This document shows, piece by piece, positions 1-11,000 of a DNA stretch of 64,000 nt. Every line of letters starts with the position of its first letter. The first letter of the stretch is position 1. The stretch lies in contig NW_026867774.1 of assembly GCF_020745735.1 (NCBI RefSeq), forward strand, positions 1 to 64,000, in the 5' to 3' direction. A program made the translations under genes and the position numbers. This stretch comes from Hemiscyllium ocellatum. Lineage: Eukaryota. Below the pieces are notes generated by a model. The model had not been told where the DNA came from. It made no database searches and was given only the letters and a program-made list of their open reading frames with translations.

Positions 1-710
1 GATGCCCAGAGAGACCTGGTGTTCAGGTCCATTGTACCCTGGAGGTGGCAACACAGGTCGACAGAGTGGTCAAGAAGCATATGGCATACCTTCCTTCACC
101 AACGTGGTATTCAGCACAAGAGTTGGAAGGTCATATTAGAATTATATCAGATTTTGGCCTGGCCACATTTGGAATACTGCGTACAGTTCTGGTTGCCACA
201 TTACCAGAAAGATGTGGATGCTTTGGAGAGGGTGCAGAGGAGTTTCACCAGGATTGCCTGGTATGGAGGGTGCTAGCTATGAAAGAGGTTTAGTAGATTA
301 GGATTATTTTCATTAGAAAGTCGAACGTTGCGGGGGGAACCTGATTGGGGTCTACAAAATCATGAGAGATATAGACAGGGTGGATAGCAAGAAGCCTTTT
401 TCCCAGAGTGGGGGACTCAATTACTCTGGGTCATGAGTTCAAGGTGAGAGTGGAAACATTTAAGGGAGATATGTATGGAAAGTTCTTCACACAGAGAGTG
501 ATTGGTCCTGGAACACGTTGCCAGTGGAGGTGGTAGAGGCAGGTACAATAGCATCATTTAAGATATATCTAGATAGATACATGGATGGGGAGGGAGCAAA
601 GGGAGACAGACCATTGGGAAATTGATGACAGGTTTAGATGGAGGATTTGGACCAGTGCAGGCTAGTAGGGCCGAAGGGCCAGTTCTTGTGCTGTAATTTT
701 CATTGCTCTT
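1..710 (+). mobile_element. Degenerate CR1 LINE, 3' end of ORF2 (RT C-terminal region) plus 3' tail
   Basis: ORF fragments such as LEYCVQFWLPHYQKDVDALERVQRSFTR are typical of CR1 ORF2; tail gggccgaagggcc...gtgctgtaa. Confidence 0.85.
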
Positions 711-719
711 TGGTCTTTG

Positions 720-2000
720 AACTGAGGAAGCTCAAAGGAACAGCGTGATCTTGGGGTGCTTCTCCACTGATCCCTGAATATGGTAAGACAGGTTAACAGA
801 GCAGTTATGAAGGCATAGGGGACACTTGCCTTTGTCATGTCAGGTATCGGTTATAAAAGCAGGAGGAGATGTGGCAGTTAAGCAGAACATTGGTGAGGCC
901 ACAGCTGGAGTACTGTGTGCAGTTCAGGTCACACACTGTAGGAAGGATGTGATTGCACTGGATGGGGTGCAGAGGGGAATCACCAGGATGTTGTGTGGGA
1001 TGGAACCTCTCAGTGATGAAGAGAAATTGGATTAGCTCGGGTTGTTTTCTTCAGAGCAGAGAAGGTGGAGGGGGATCTGATAGAGGTGTAAAGGTTATGA
1101 GGGATTGGACAGGGAGGAGAGAAAGCAGCTGTTCTCCTTCTTGGGAGGGTCAATAACAAGTTGGCTCACATTCAATGTCAAAGATAGGAGGTTTCAAGAC
1201 GTTTTGAGAAAAGTGTTTTTTACCCAGAGGGTGGTGGGGGTCTGGAACGCACATCCTGGGAGGGTAGTTGACGTGGGAAACCTCACAAACTTTAAAAAGT
1301 AGTTGGGTGAGCAGTTGAAATATCAGAACATTCAAGCTATGGGCCTGATGTTGGAAAGTGGGACTGGTGTAGGTTTACTGTAGTTTGGCTAGTACACAGT
1401 TAATGGGCTGAAGGGCCTCTTCTATACTGTGTGATTTTATGTTTCTGTTGTGTGCAGTTTTGGTCTCCTTACCTGAGGAAGGATGTTCTGGTTGTGGAGG
1501 GAGGGCAGCGAAGGTTTACCAGACTGATTCCTGGGAGGACAGCACTTAGATCTGATGAGAAACTGGATCAGTTAGGATTATATTCACTGGAGTTTAGAAA
1601 TTTGAGAGGAATCACATTGAAACCTGTAAAATCCTAACAGGACAAGACCAGAAAACACAGGAATTATGTTCATGATGACTGGAGAATCCAGAACCAGAAT
1701 TACAGTTTAAAGAAAATGGAAAGGCCATTTCGACTGAGATAAGGAACAGTTCTTTAGCCAGAGAGTGGGAAGCTGGTGGAATATTCTGTCACAGAAAGCA
1801 GTTGAGCTCAAAACATTAAATGTTTTCAAGAAAGCGACAGGTATAGATCTTAGGACTAAAGGGATTAAAGGTTATGGAGAAAAAATGGGAACAGGAGACT
1901 AAGTTGGATGATCAGTCATGGTCATATTGACTGGCAGAGCTGACTCGAAGGGCTGAATGGCCTCCTCCTGCTCCTAGTTCCTCTGTTTCTATGTTTGAGA
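720..2000 (+). mobile_element. Two stacked degenerate CR1 3' fragments
   Basis: CVQFWSPYLRKDVL..QRRFTRLIPG and VFFTQRVVGVWN motifs; tail ...ctcctgctcctagttcctctgtttctatgt. Confidence 0.8.
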
Positions 2001-2029
2001 GACTGTTCATAAACATGGAAACATGTGGA

Positions 2030-3050
2030 ATTGTAGAGTCATAGAGTCATCGAGTCCTACAGCACAGATACAGGCCCTTTGGCCCAAACCAGACCATGCT
2101 GACCAAAATATCCATCCACACAAACCCCATTTGCCCTGCACTTGGCCCATATCCTTCAAATTACATACTATCTATGTATTTGTCCAAATACCTTTTAAAT
2201 GTTGTTCATGTACCCTCCTCAATCATTCCATACGACTACCACCTTCTGTGTAAAAATGATGCCCCTCAGGTTCCCGTTTATTCTAACCTTCAACTGATGC
2301 CCTCTAGGCCTTGATTCCCCAACCCTGGACAAAGACTGAGTGCATTCACCCTATCCATGTTTCTCAAGATCTTATACACTTCTAAAAGATTCCCCTTTAG
2401 TCTCCAACATTCTTAAGAAAAATGTCCTAGCTGGCCCAAACTCTCCCAAAAACTCAGATGTTGAAACCTGGCAACATCCTTGTAAATTTATTCTGCACTC
2501 TTTCCAGTTTAATAATATCCTTCATATAACAAGGTGACCAAAACTGAACACAATACTCCAAGTGCAGCCTCACCAACGTCATGTACAATTGAAACATAAC
2601 TTCCCAACTTCTACACCCAGTGCCCTGACTGATGACGGCCAGTGTGCCAAAAGCCTTCTTCACTGCCCTGTCTAACTGTGACTCAACTTTCAGAGAACTG
2701 TGCACCTGAACTCTGAGATCCCACTGTTTCACTACAGTCCTGAAGGCCTTACCATTCACCATGAAACTCCTACCTTGATTTAACTTTCCAAAATGCAAGA
2801 CCTCATACTTATCTACATTAAACTCAATTTATCATTTCTTTTCCCACTTCCACAGCTGATCAAGGTCCTGTTACAATATCTGATAACCTTCCTCATTGTC
2901 CACAATACCGGCTATTGTAATGTCTTCTAAATCATTGATATTGATAACAAACAATAATGGGCCCAGCATCAATCCTGAGGCACTCCACTAGACTCAGGCC
3001 TCCAGTCTGACAAGTATCCTTCCACTATGTCCCTCTGCTTTCTCCCATTC
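2030..3050 (-). mobile_element. Degenerate CR1 ORF2 3' fragment
   Basis: Minus ORF 2454-2798 (LGVQVHSSLKV-like..LEYCVQFWSPC..KLERVQNKFTRMLPG); (tcataga)n tail at 2030-2050. Confidence 0.85.
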
Positions 3051-3279
3051 TCGCCAGTTAGAGAAAAGTATTTATCTTTGGTCAGAAATTAGTTTGGAGG
3101 TAGGAGACAGAGAGGAGGGAAATGTGTGTGCTCTCCAATGAGCAAAATCTGGATAGTGGTGTCCCCAGGGAATTGGGCTGGAACCTCAGCATTTCACGAT
3201 ATTTCTAAATGACTTGGATGAAGGAATAGACAGCCATATATCCAAGATTGTTGATCACACTGAGTGAGGCAGTTTGAAG

Positions 3280-3700
3280 GAGGTTACAGAGATAGGGAGA
3301 GTGGAGGACAGGGAGGGACTTGAGAACAAGGATGAGAATTTGAAAATCAAGGTGTTGCTGGACCAGGACCAATGTAGGCACAGGGCGCAGGGGGTTGGAG
3401 GAATGGGATTTGATACGAGTTTAGATATGGGGCAGCAGAATTTGGGATGAGCTGAAGGTTACGGAGGGCAGTGGCTGTGATGTGTGCAAGCGCAACATTG
3501 GTATGGTCATGTTTGGAGTCCCATGCACATGACAGAGATTTTCAGTTGCTGATCTTTGTGAGATGGAGGATATGGTGCTCAGATCAGCCCCAAAGATGAG
3601 GCCAAGTTTGTAAAGAGTCTGGTTGAGCAGCAGGCAGTGCTCAGGGAGAGGGATGGAATTTGTACTGGGAGCTGAAGGGAATGGCTTTGATCTTCCCAAT
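3280..3700 (-). mobile_element. Degenerate LINE fragment, probably L2 clade
   Basis: Purine-rich + strand resembling the antisense of vertebrate L2 RT 3' region; recalled similarity only. Confidence 0.4.
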
Positions 3701-4100
3701 GTGTTTCCCAGTGAGCCTGGCTCCTCAGTCCTGACTGCTCTTAGCTGCTGTGATTGTCACTGATTGGACACTTATTATTAGAGATTCTGACCACAGCAGA
3801 AAGCCCCAGTGTAAAAAATAACTGCAAAGACTGTCAGATCGCAAGGTTGAAACTTCACCAAAAGAGGAAGTGAAATAAAGAGCTCGGAGCAGCTGGATGT
3901 TTGTTACTGAGACGGGAGAAAACTGTGAACTGTCTGCACTCCCAAGAACCTGACAGCACAGGAGGCTGGTTCTGGGATTTTTCTTTTCAGAAACAGCACA
4001 GTGATGGGAAAAAGGACAGTCACTCTCTCACAAACACATACACCTGCACTCGGAGATCAGAAACAGAATCCAGCAGCAGCTCTGTCTCCAAGCTGTAAAA
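3700..4100. promoter_or_regulatory. Non-repeat island with PU.1/IRF composite (EICE) motif, E-boxes and Runx site; candidate lymphoid enhancer or promoter
   Basis: GAGGAAGTGAAA at 3864-3875, CAGCTG 3890-3895, CACCTG 4041-4046, ACCACA 3790-3795, inverted CCAAT 3763-3767. Confidence 0.35.
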
Positions 4101-4109
4101 CCTGAATGG

Positions 4110-4720
4110 AATTGTTCCCTCATTCAGTTTTTAACTGGCAGGATAGACCAAGCAGGGGAGGCAACACAGTGGTGTGTACAGTCGGAAGGGAGTTGCCCTG
4201 GGAGTCCTCACCATTAACTATGGAACCCATGAAGCCTCATGACAGCAGGTCAAACATGGGGAAGGAAACCTCCTGCTGATTACCACATAGCACCGCCCTC
4301 CACTCCACCTCAACTGAGCAGTCAGTCCTCCTCCATGTTGACCAACACTTGGAGGGAGCACTGAGGGTGGGAAGGATGCAGGATATACTCTGAGTAAGGG
4401 ACTTCAAAGCCCACCATCAAGAGCTGCTCAGAAGCATCACTACTGAGCAAGTGGTCAAGTTCCACCTGATTCAGCTGCTAGACTGGACCTGGGCAAGTGG
4501 TGAGGGAACCAACAAGAGGGAAAATCATACTCACTATCACCCTCACCAACCTGCCTGCTGCTGGTGTATCTGTCCATGACAGTATCAGTAAGGGTGACAA
4601 CTGCACAGTCCGTGTGGAGACAAAATCCCATCTTCACATTGAGATTACCTTGCATTTTGTTGGGCAAGAGATATGGGATGTCAGGAAGAACTTTTTTTAG
4701 CAGCAATTGGTAATGACTTG
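4110..4720 (+). mobile_element. Degenerate LINE endonuclease-region fragment
   Basis: Residual APE-type motifs (e.g. MVREPTRGKIILTITLTNLP; gacttcaa..ccaccatcaagag). Confidence 0.45.
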
Positions 4721-5549
4721 GAAATTAGTGCCCATTCAGGTGAGGCAGGTGAAGACACTCAGTGATGGCAATGGCAGATTGGATGGGCTCTTGATGGAAA
4801 TAAACCTGCAAGGCCCTGGCTGTCGAGTAGGGGAGGGGGTGGGACTGACTGGATTGCTCCATGAAATGACAGCATTTACACACTTAGTCTCACCTTTACA
4901 CAAAGACTGGGAGAAACAGACAAACCAGTTCACAGAAATGTTTTCTCAAGCAAAACACTCTTGAACCAACTCAGAGAACACACCAGTCTAGATTTACTAG
5001 AATAAAGCAGCAAATCAATGGCAAGGGAACAGCGACCCAAAAGTGTTGGAACTGAACAGTATATTCAATATCACAAACAACGAGAGAGGGAGGGATGAAG
5101 GGCAGGAAGGCAGAGAGGATACTCTCGGGGTCTGAAGGCTCTGCTGTCAATGGTGGGATGGAGGAAGCAACAATGGGCAGGAGACCAGAGACAGAAGGTG
5201 GAAGGGGGAGGGAGGGAATGTGAGTCTACAGCAGGACACAGAGTGAGGGAGGAGGGAGGCCATGGAGGCAATTGGCTGGCAGTGAGGTCAGATTCTAGAA
5301 CAACTGTAGTTGTGAGACAGGGAAGGGATCACTCCATATCAGACAAGTTGGGGTTTATGGAATGTGGCTTCAGGAAGCTGGGAGAGGACATTGAAATCAT
5401 AGAGTCAGGAGGTGGGATGAGCAGGAATTGGGGTTTCTGTGGTCAAGAGAGTGAGGTAATGCAGAGACAAACAATGTTGTGCAGATTGAAATAAGAGACC
5501 TACGTAATGGACAGGATGTGGGGTTACAGCTCAGGTACTGGACAGTCCG

Positions 5550-7125
5550 GTGGGAAGGAGGCCCATGTTTACTGTTTATTGGTCCTATGGGAAGGTGCCC
5601 CATGTTTACATCATCATAGAGTCATAGAGGTTTACAGCGTGGCAACAGGCCCTTCTGCTCAACTCATCCATGCCGACCAAGTTTCCAAAACTGAACTAGT
5701 CCCATCTGCATGCGTTTGGCCCAATCCTCTCTAAATCCTTCCTATCCATGTTCCTGTAAAAATGTCTTTGAAATCTAGTAATTGTACTCCCCTCTACCAT
5801 TTCCTCTGGCAGCTCATTGCACATACACACCAACTTCTGTGTGAAAAGATTGTCTCTCAGGCCCCTTCTAATTCTTTCCCATCTCAACTTAAAAGTATTC
5901 CTTCTCATACTAGACTCTCCTACCCTGGGGGAAAAAAAAACTTTGGCTATTCACCTTATCTATGGCCCTAATGATTCTATAAACCTGTCTAAGGTCACCC
6001 CTCAATCTCCTGCATTCATTGGAAAAATCTCTCGGACTATCCATCCTCGCCTTGTAATTCAAACTCACCAACCTTGGTAACATCCCTGTTAATCTTTCTT
6101 TTATCCAAACCAGTGTAATAACTTCCTTCCTATAGCAGGGTAAGCAGGAATGTACACAGTGTCCAAATGTGGCCTTACCAATGCCTTGTACAGCTGTAAC
6201 ATGATGTCCCAGCTCCTGTACTCCCTGCTTTGACCAGTGAAGGTGAGCGTGCCAAATGCCTTCTTCACCACCCTCTCTACCTGTGACACCACTTTCAAGG
6301 AACTATGCACTTGTACCCCTCAGTGTCTCTGTTCAACAACACTCCCCATGGCTCTACCATCAGTTGTGTAATTCCTGCCCTAGTTGGTCTTACCAAAATG
6401 CAACTCCTTGCATTTATCGAAATTAAGCTCCATCTGGATTTGTTGACCCACTGGCCCAGTTGATGAAGATGACATTGCATTCTTAGATAATCTTCTTACC
6501 TGTCCACGATGCCAACAATTTTAATGTCAGCCACAAACTTACTGACATTCCTGCTATTTTCTCATACAAATTGTTCATGTAAATGATGAACAACAGTGGA
6601 TCCAGGATCGATTCTTGTGGAAGATGGCTGGTCACTGGCCTCCAGTCTCAAGATCAACCCTCTCTCACCAGCCTCTGCCTCCTACCATCAGGCCCATTTT
6701 ATATCCAATTGGTTAACTCTACCTGGATCCTCTGTGATATAATCTTACTAAGCAGTCTACAATGGGGAACCTTGTCTAAGGCCTTGCTAAAGTCCATGTC
6801 GACGATGTGTACTGATCTATCTTAAGCTATCTATTTCTTCAAAAACTCAACTATCCACTTGTCACCATTAGAAGGACAAGTGAATAGGAGGCCCACATTT
6901 ACTGGTCTTCTTGGAGTATCCAGTCAGAAGGAGGTCCATGTTTACTGGTTTCCTTTGGAGAGTCCATTACGAAGGAGGCCAACATTTATTGGAGGCTCAA
7001 GCAGGAACAATGCCCATGTTTACTGGTCTCTATTGGGAGCTCAGTGGGAAGGAGGCCCATGTCTCTCTATGGGGCACTCTCGTGAACTGACGTCCATGTT
7101 TACTGGACTCTGTTGGAGAGTCCAG
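5550..7125 (+). repeat. Degenerate ~43-bp minisatellite (gaaggaggcccatgtttactggtct...) split by a CR1 insertion
   Basis: Units at about 5554, 5590, 6886, 6928, 6971, 7010, 7049 and 7090; the CR1 fragment lies between 5611 and ~6860. Confidence 0.65.
5611..6860 (-). mobile_element. Degenerate CR1 ORF2 3' fragment
   Basis: Minus ORFs SSLKVVSQVERVVKKAFG..LYKALVRPHL and NLFTQKLVCMCNELP; (tcataga)n tail at 5611-5630. Confidence 0.85.
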
Positions 7126-7599
7126 TGCAGTGTGGACACCATGGTGGGTGTGGGGTTCAGTTCCTTTCTGTTGTAACTGTGTGATGGTCCAACCCTCATC
7201 CAAACACCACACACTGACTCAGAGACTGATCGTAGAAGGGGAAGGAGAGGGGAAGGGATTGGAACATGTTGTGAATGGACAGGATGGGTTAGTGGGTCAG
7301 AGCCTGTGCTGTCCCTCCAGCTCACACTGATGGCCTGAGGATCTCCTCTCTCTGCTGGGCCTTCATGGAATGAGGTTTGTGTCCAAACCAGTCCCCAGTG
7401 AGAATAGGCCAACAGCACAGAACTGCCCTTCATTTAACAAGAATCTGTCCATCTTCCTGAGAGATACCAAAACCTGGTCAATGTGGAAATGGGCCTTTAC
7501 TCCAGGAGAAGACATGCTTCTGGGGTCAAGGGTTAACATCCATTAGTGGGGCAGAGCAGAGAGAGATATATCCTGAATTCAACTGTCACCACCTGGGAC

Positions 7600-7930
7600 A
7601 CTGTGAGAAAGAGAGAGAAGTGAGACAGAGAGAGAGAAATAGAGGCCGAGTGGGCTGCGGAGAATGAGGGAGAAATAGAGAGGGGTAGATAACATTTGGA
7701 GGCTTTCAATTGAAGTGAGAGATGGAGCGAGTGACGAAGACAGTGAGAGATGGAGAAAGATTATGAGACGGAGTGAGGAAGCGTGAGTGAGTTGGAGGGA
7801 GTGGCTATGAGACAGAGTGAGAGAGAGGGAATATGAGAGAGATTAACAGTGGGAGAGAGAGATAGATGTAGAGAGATCAAAGTAGCAGATGTGAGACAGA
7901 AAGGGGAAAAAGAGAAGAGAGAGAGAAAGG
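7600..7930. repeat. GA-rich low-complexity tract
   Basis: Imperfect (GA)n/(GAGA)n runs. Confidence 0.8.
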
Positions 7931-8860
7931 TCCTGATCACCACATTCTGGGAAGGATGTGATTGTACTTGAGAGGGGGCAGAGGAGATTTTCCAGGATGC
8001 TGCCTGGGATGAAGGGTCAGCTATGAGGAAAGATTGGAAAGGTTGGGGCTGTTTTCCTTGGAGCATTGAAGGTTGAGAGGGACCTGATAGAGAGGTATAA
8101 GATAAGGCAGTGATATGTTGCATAGGAAGGCACTTTATACAAGAGTAAAGGACTCAATAACCAGGGACAGAGATTGAAGGTAACACAGACATGGACACAT
8201 TGAAACTTGGAGCAGGAGCAGGCCATTCGGCCCTTTGAATCTTATGTGTCATTCAGTATGATCATGGCTGATCCTCTCTCTCAATGCTGTGCTGCTGCTT
8301 TCTCCTATTTCCTTCATGCTGTTAAAACACAAAACAACTTTTTTTTTCTTGAATAAATTCAGTTCCTTGTCCTCCACAGCCTTCAGTGGTAGAGAATTCA
8401 TCAGGTTGACCATTCTCTGAGTGAAGAAATGTTTCCTCATCTCAGTCCTAAATGGTCTACCCTGTATCCCCCTGAGCCTGTGTCCCCTGGTTCCAGATTC
8501 TCCAACCAGGGAAACCTCCTCCCTGCCCAGCCCTGTTACAATTTTATGTGTTTCAATCAGATCCCCTATCATCCTTCTAAACGCGAGTGAATCCAGGCCC
8601 AGTTGAGTTGCAGAGTGAGAGGAGAATTGAGGAGAAATGTTTTCACCCAGAGGGGTGGTGGGAGTCTGGAACTCACTGCCTAAAAGGCTGGTTGAGTCAC
8701 AAATTCTCGTGACATTGGAGCAGTGTTTAGATATTCCCTTGTGTTGCTATAGCCCCCAGGGTAATGGGCCATGAGCTGGAGGATGGGATTAGTGTCATCA
8801 CATCTTTGTTTACCAGCACAGATACAATAGGACAAATGGCCTCATTCAGTGCTGTTCACA
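7930..8860. mobile_element. Mosaic of short CR1 3' fragments (+/-/+)
   Basis: GDLIETHKIVTGL..RGHRLR..HFFTQRMVN on minus (8249-8572), with similar motifs on plus on either side. Confidence 0.7.
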
Positions 8861-8896
8861 TCAATCACTCTCTGAGACAAAGAGAGAGAGAGAAGT

Positions 8897-8991
8897 GGAA
8901 GTGTGAGGGGCTGACGTGGCTCTCTCTACCTGATGCCATTTACATACTGAGGAACACCCAGTCAGACTCTCACAGGCTGCAGCTTTATAAA
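8897..8991 (+). promoter_or_regulatory. IgL V promoter: ETS site, TGACGTGG element, variant octamer, TATA
   Basis: GGAAGT 8897-8902, TGACGTGG 8912-8919, ATTTACAT 8938-8945 (7/8 match to ATTTGCAT), TTTATAAA 8984-8991. Octamer-TATA-ATG spacing fits vertebrate light-chain promoters. Confidence 0.7.
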
Positions 8992-9051
8992 GCAGAGCCC
9001 AGTGAAGGGAGAGTTTATCAGGAACCAGGCACAGGGACAGGAGCACACACC

Positions 9052-9100
9052 ATGATTTCACACATCCAGCTGATCTGGCCCCTGGCATTCTGTGTCGCAG
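9052..9100 (+). CDS. IGKV: Ig kappa (NS4-type) leader exon L1, MISHIQLIWPLAFCVA-G
   Basis: ATG at 9052, 16 codons + 1 nt, then donor CAG|GTAC at 9101; splices in frame to the acceptor at 9286. Confidence 0.92.
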
Positions 9101-9286
9101 GTACAAATCTCTCTCCTTCCGCCTTGAATCTTTAGTTGCTCTCCATTTCACTCCAATTCCACTGACTTGTGATTGAAGGGAAAATGCTGAAACCAGAGGA
9201 ATGCTCAGTGTCTCCAACAATCTCTCATTTGACCGGCTCTTTCTGTGACAGTTCTGACTTCACTGTGTTTCTCTCTGATCCCTCAG

Positions 9287-9585
9287 GTATCAGTGGGGAC
9301 ATCATCATGACTCAGTCTCCCCCGGTGCTGTCAGTGGGACTGGGCCAGACCGCAACACTCACCTGTACGGCCAGTCAATCTGTTAGCAATGAGCTTTCCT
9401 GGTACCAGCAGCGAGAAGGTCAGAAACCCTCTCTCCTGATCTATGCTGCAACAAATCGATTCACAGGAGTCTCCGATCGATTCACCGGCAGTGGATCAGG
9501 GACCAGTTTCACCCTGAAAATCAGCAACGTTCAGAATGAGGATGTCGCTGACTATTACTGTATGCAGGATTACAGCTACCCTCGA
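9287..9585 (+). CDS. IGKV: Ig kappa V exon, intact and unrearranged: (G)[26 protein letters not shown]...WYQQ...[12 protein letters not shown]
   Basis: Pyrimidine tract plus cctcag acceptor; both conserved Cys, [14 protein letters not shown] and DYYC present; no stops; closely resembles shark kappa/NS4 V. Confidence 0.96.
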
Positions 9586-9613
9586 CACAGTGACACAGAG
9601 CCATACAAAAACC
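9586..9613 (+). other. 12-bp-spacer recombination signal sequence of V
   Basis: CACAGTG (9586-9592) + acacagagccat (12 nt) + ACAAAAACC (9605-9613); perfect consensus. Confidence 0.98.
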
Positions 9614-10021
9614 TCAAAGCACACAGAATCACCTCCTGTACTGACACATCCACGGTTATATAAAATGCATAATAATGGACACACAGTCCCACCGCCTGAA
9701 CTGTCATATCCCACAGTTAGATCTAAATGAAACTGATCAAATTACCCCATGCTGGGATTGTCACTGCCCACGACACACTCCAGTCCCTGTGGTGTCTCAA
9801 CGCTCACTGAAGGCCTCAAGTTTCCCCCTTCCACTGCATGGCCACATGTGAAGAACAGCTGCAAGATTTAACAACAAAAAATGAAGTTCACAACCCAGAG
9901 GCAGAGACAGAAAGACACATGAATGAGGGAGAGACTGATAGGGGCAAAAAGAGGGTGAGAGTGACCGACAGACTGGGAAATAGGGAGAGGGTGAGAGTGA
10001 CAGAGGGAAGCAGAGAGCTGA

Positions 10022-10060
10022 GGTTTTTGTACAGCCTCTACACTGGGAGCTCTCACTGTG
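10022..10060 (-). other. 23-bp-spacer recombination signal sequence of J
   Basis: GGTTTTTGT (10022-10030) + 23 nt + CACTGTG (10054-10060). It faces the V RSS, so joining is deletional and excises 9586-10060 (475 bp). Confidence 0.98.
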
Positions 10061-10095
10061 GCTTACGTTCGGTAAAGGAACCAAGCTCAGACTGA
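10061..10095 (+). CDS. IGKJ: Ig kappa J segment, (G)LTFGKGTKLRL
   Basis: FGxGT motif; phase-1 donor A|GTAAGT at 10096. Confidence 0.96.
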
Positions 10096-10465
10096 GTAAG
10101 TAAACCTCAATCCTCCGTTATTAACCCTTTCAATACTGAAACTTTCTAAATCACAAATGCTGAATTGATGCAGGTGTTAGTGGGGAGCTGCAGTGAATGA
10201 AATGGTTGAATGAGGAGCACTGTGTCTAACAGGGTGTCCAGCTGTATTTCTGTCGTCCTATTGCCCTGCTTAAGCAGCAAGATATAAGTCAGTAAGTTTT
10301 ACTCACCGTGTGGAGGAGCTCTGTCCATTTGCAGCCTGTGGTCCCATTCCTGCAGCATGGAGTGAAATCAGTGAGTAGCCTCCTGCCAGTCTCAGTGTGA
10401 CGGACACGGGGCAGAGTTTGATGTGAGCTCTGGCTCCCTGTCCCAGTCTCTGATCTCACTGACCT

Positions 10466-10498
<33 letters not shown>
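10466..10498 (+). repeat. (CAG)11 microsatellite in the J-C intron
   Basis: 11 perfect CAG units followed directly by CACAGTG. Confidence 0.95.
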
Positions 10499-10500
<2 letters not shown>

Positions 10501-10544
10501 CAGTGAGACACCGAGCTCCCACCTCCCCCAGCTTTAACTCTGCT

Positions 10545-11000
10545 CAATCACACAATCACAGAATCGTTTCAGTGCACAAGGAGGCCATTCAACTCATCCT
10601 GTCTGGACCGGCTCTCTGAATGAGCAATTCACTGAGTGTCATTCTGCTGCCTTCTCCCTGTCACCCTGCACATTGTTCCTTTTTGAATAACAGTCTCATT
10701 CCCTTCGGAATGTTTTAATTGAAGCTGCCTCCACCACACTCTCAGGCAGTGCATTCCACACCTTAACCACCCACTGGCTGAAAATGTTTTTCCCCCATCT
10801 CACTTTCGCCTCTTTTACCAATTATTTTCAATCCATGGCCTCTCCCTCTCAATTCTTTCTCAGGTGGGAACATTTTCTCCTGGTTTACTCTGTTCAGACC
10901 CCTCCTGATTTTGAATTTCTCGATCAAATCTCTCTCTCTGCCTTCTCTTCTCTGAGGAAAACAGTCCCAATGTCTTCAGTCTATCTTCATAACTCACGTT
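10545..11000 (-). mobile_element. Degenerate CR1 3' end
   Basis: Antisense of the CR1 tail (gaggccattc...tcctgtc) and RT C-terminal remnants. Confidence 0.65.

Noticed and set aside
3997-4038. Possible cryptic RSS (CACAGTG ... ACAAACACA)
   Set aside because: The spacer to the nonamer-like sequence is 26 nt, the 12-nt position matches only 5/9, and no V-like coding sequence precedes it.
9169-9663. 164-aa ORF containing the V domain
   Set aside because: It starts in the leader intron and reads through the RSS. The real gene is leader exon 9052-9100 spliced to 9287. No poly(A) signal supports a V-only product.
10289-10522. Minus-strand ORF resembling a signal peptide (MGARCLTVLLLLLLLLLLLRS)
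   Set aside because: The start is GTG, an in-frame TGA lies a few codons upstream with no ATG, and the poly-Leu is just the (CAG)11 microsatellite.
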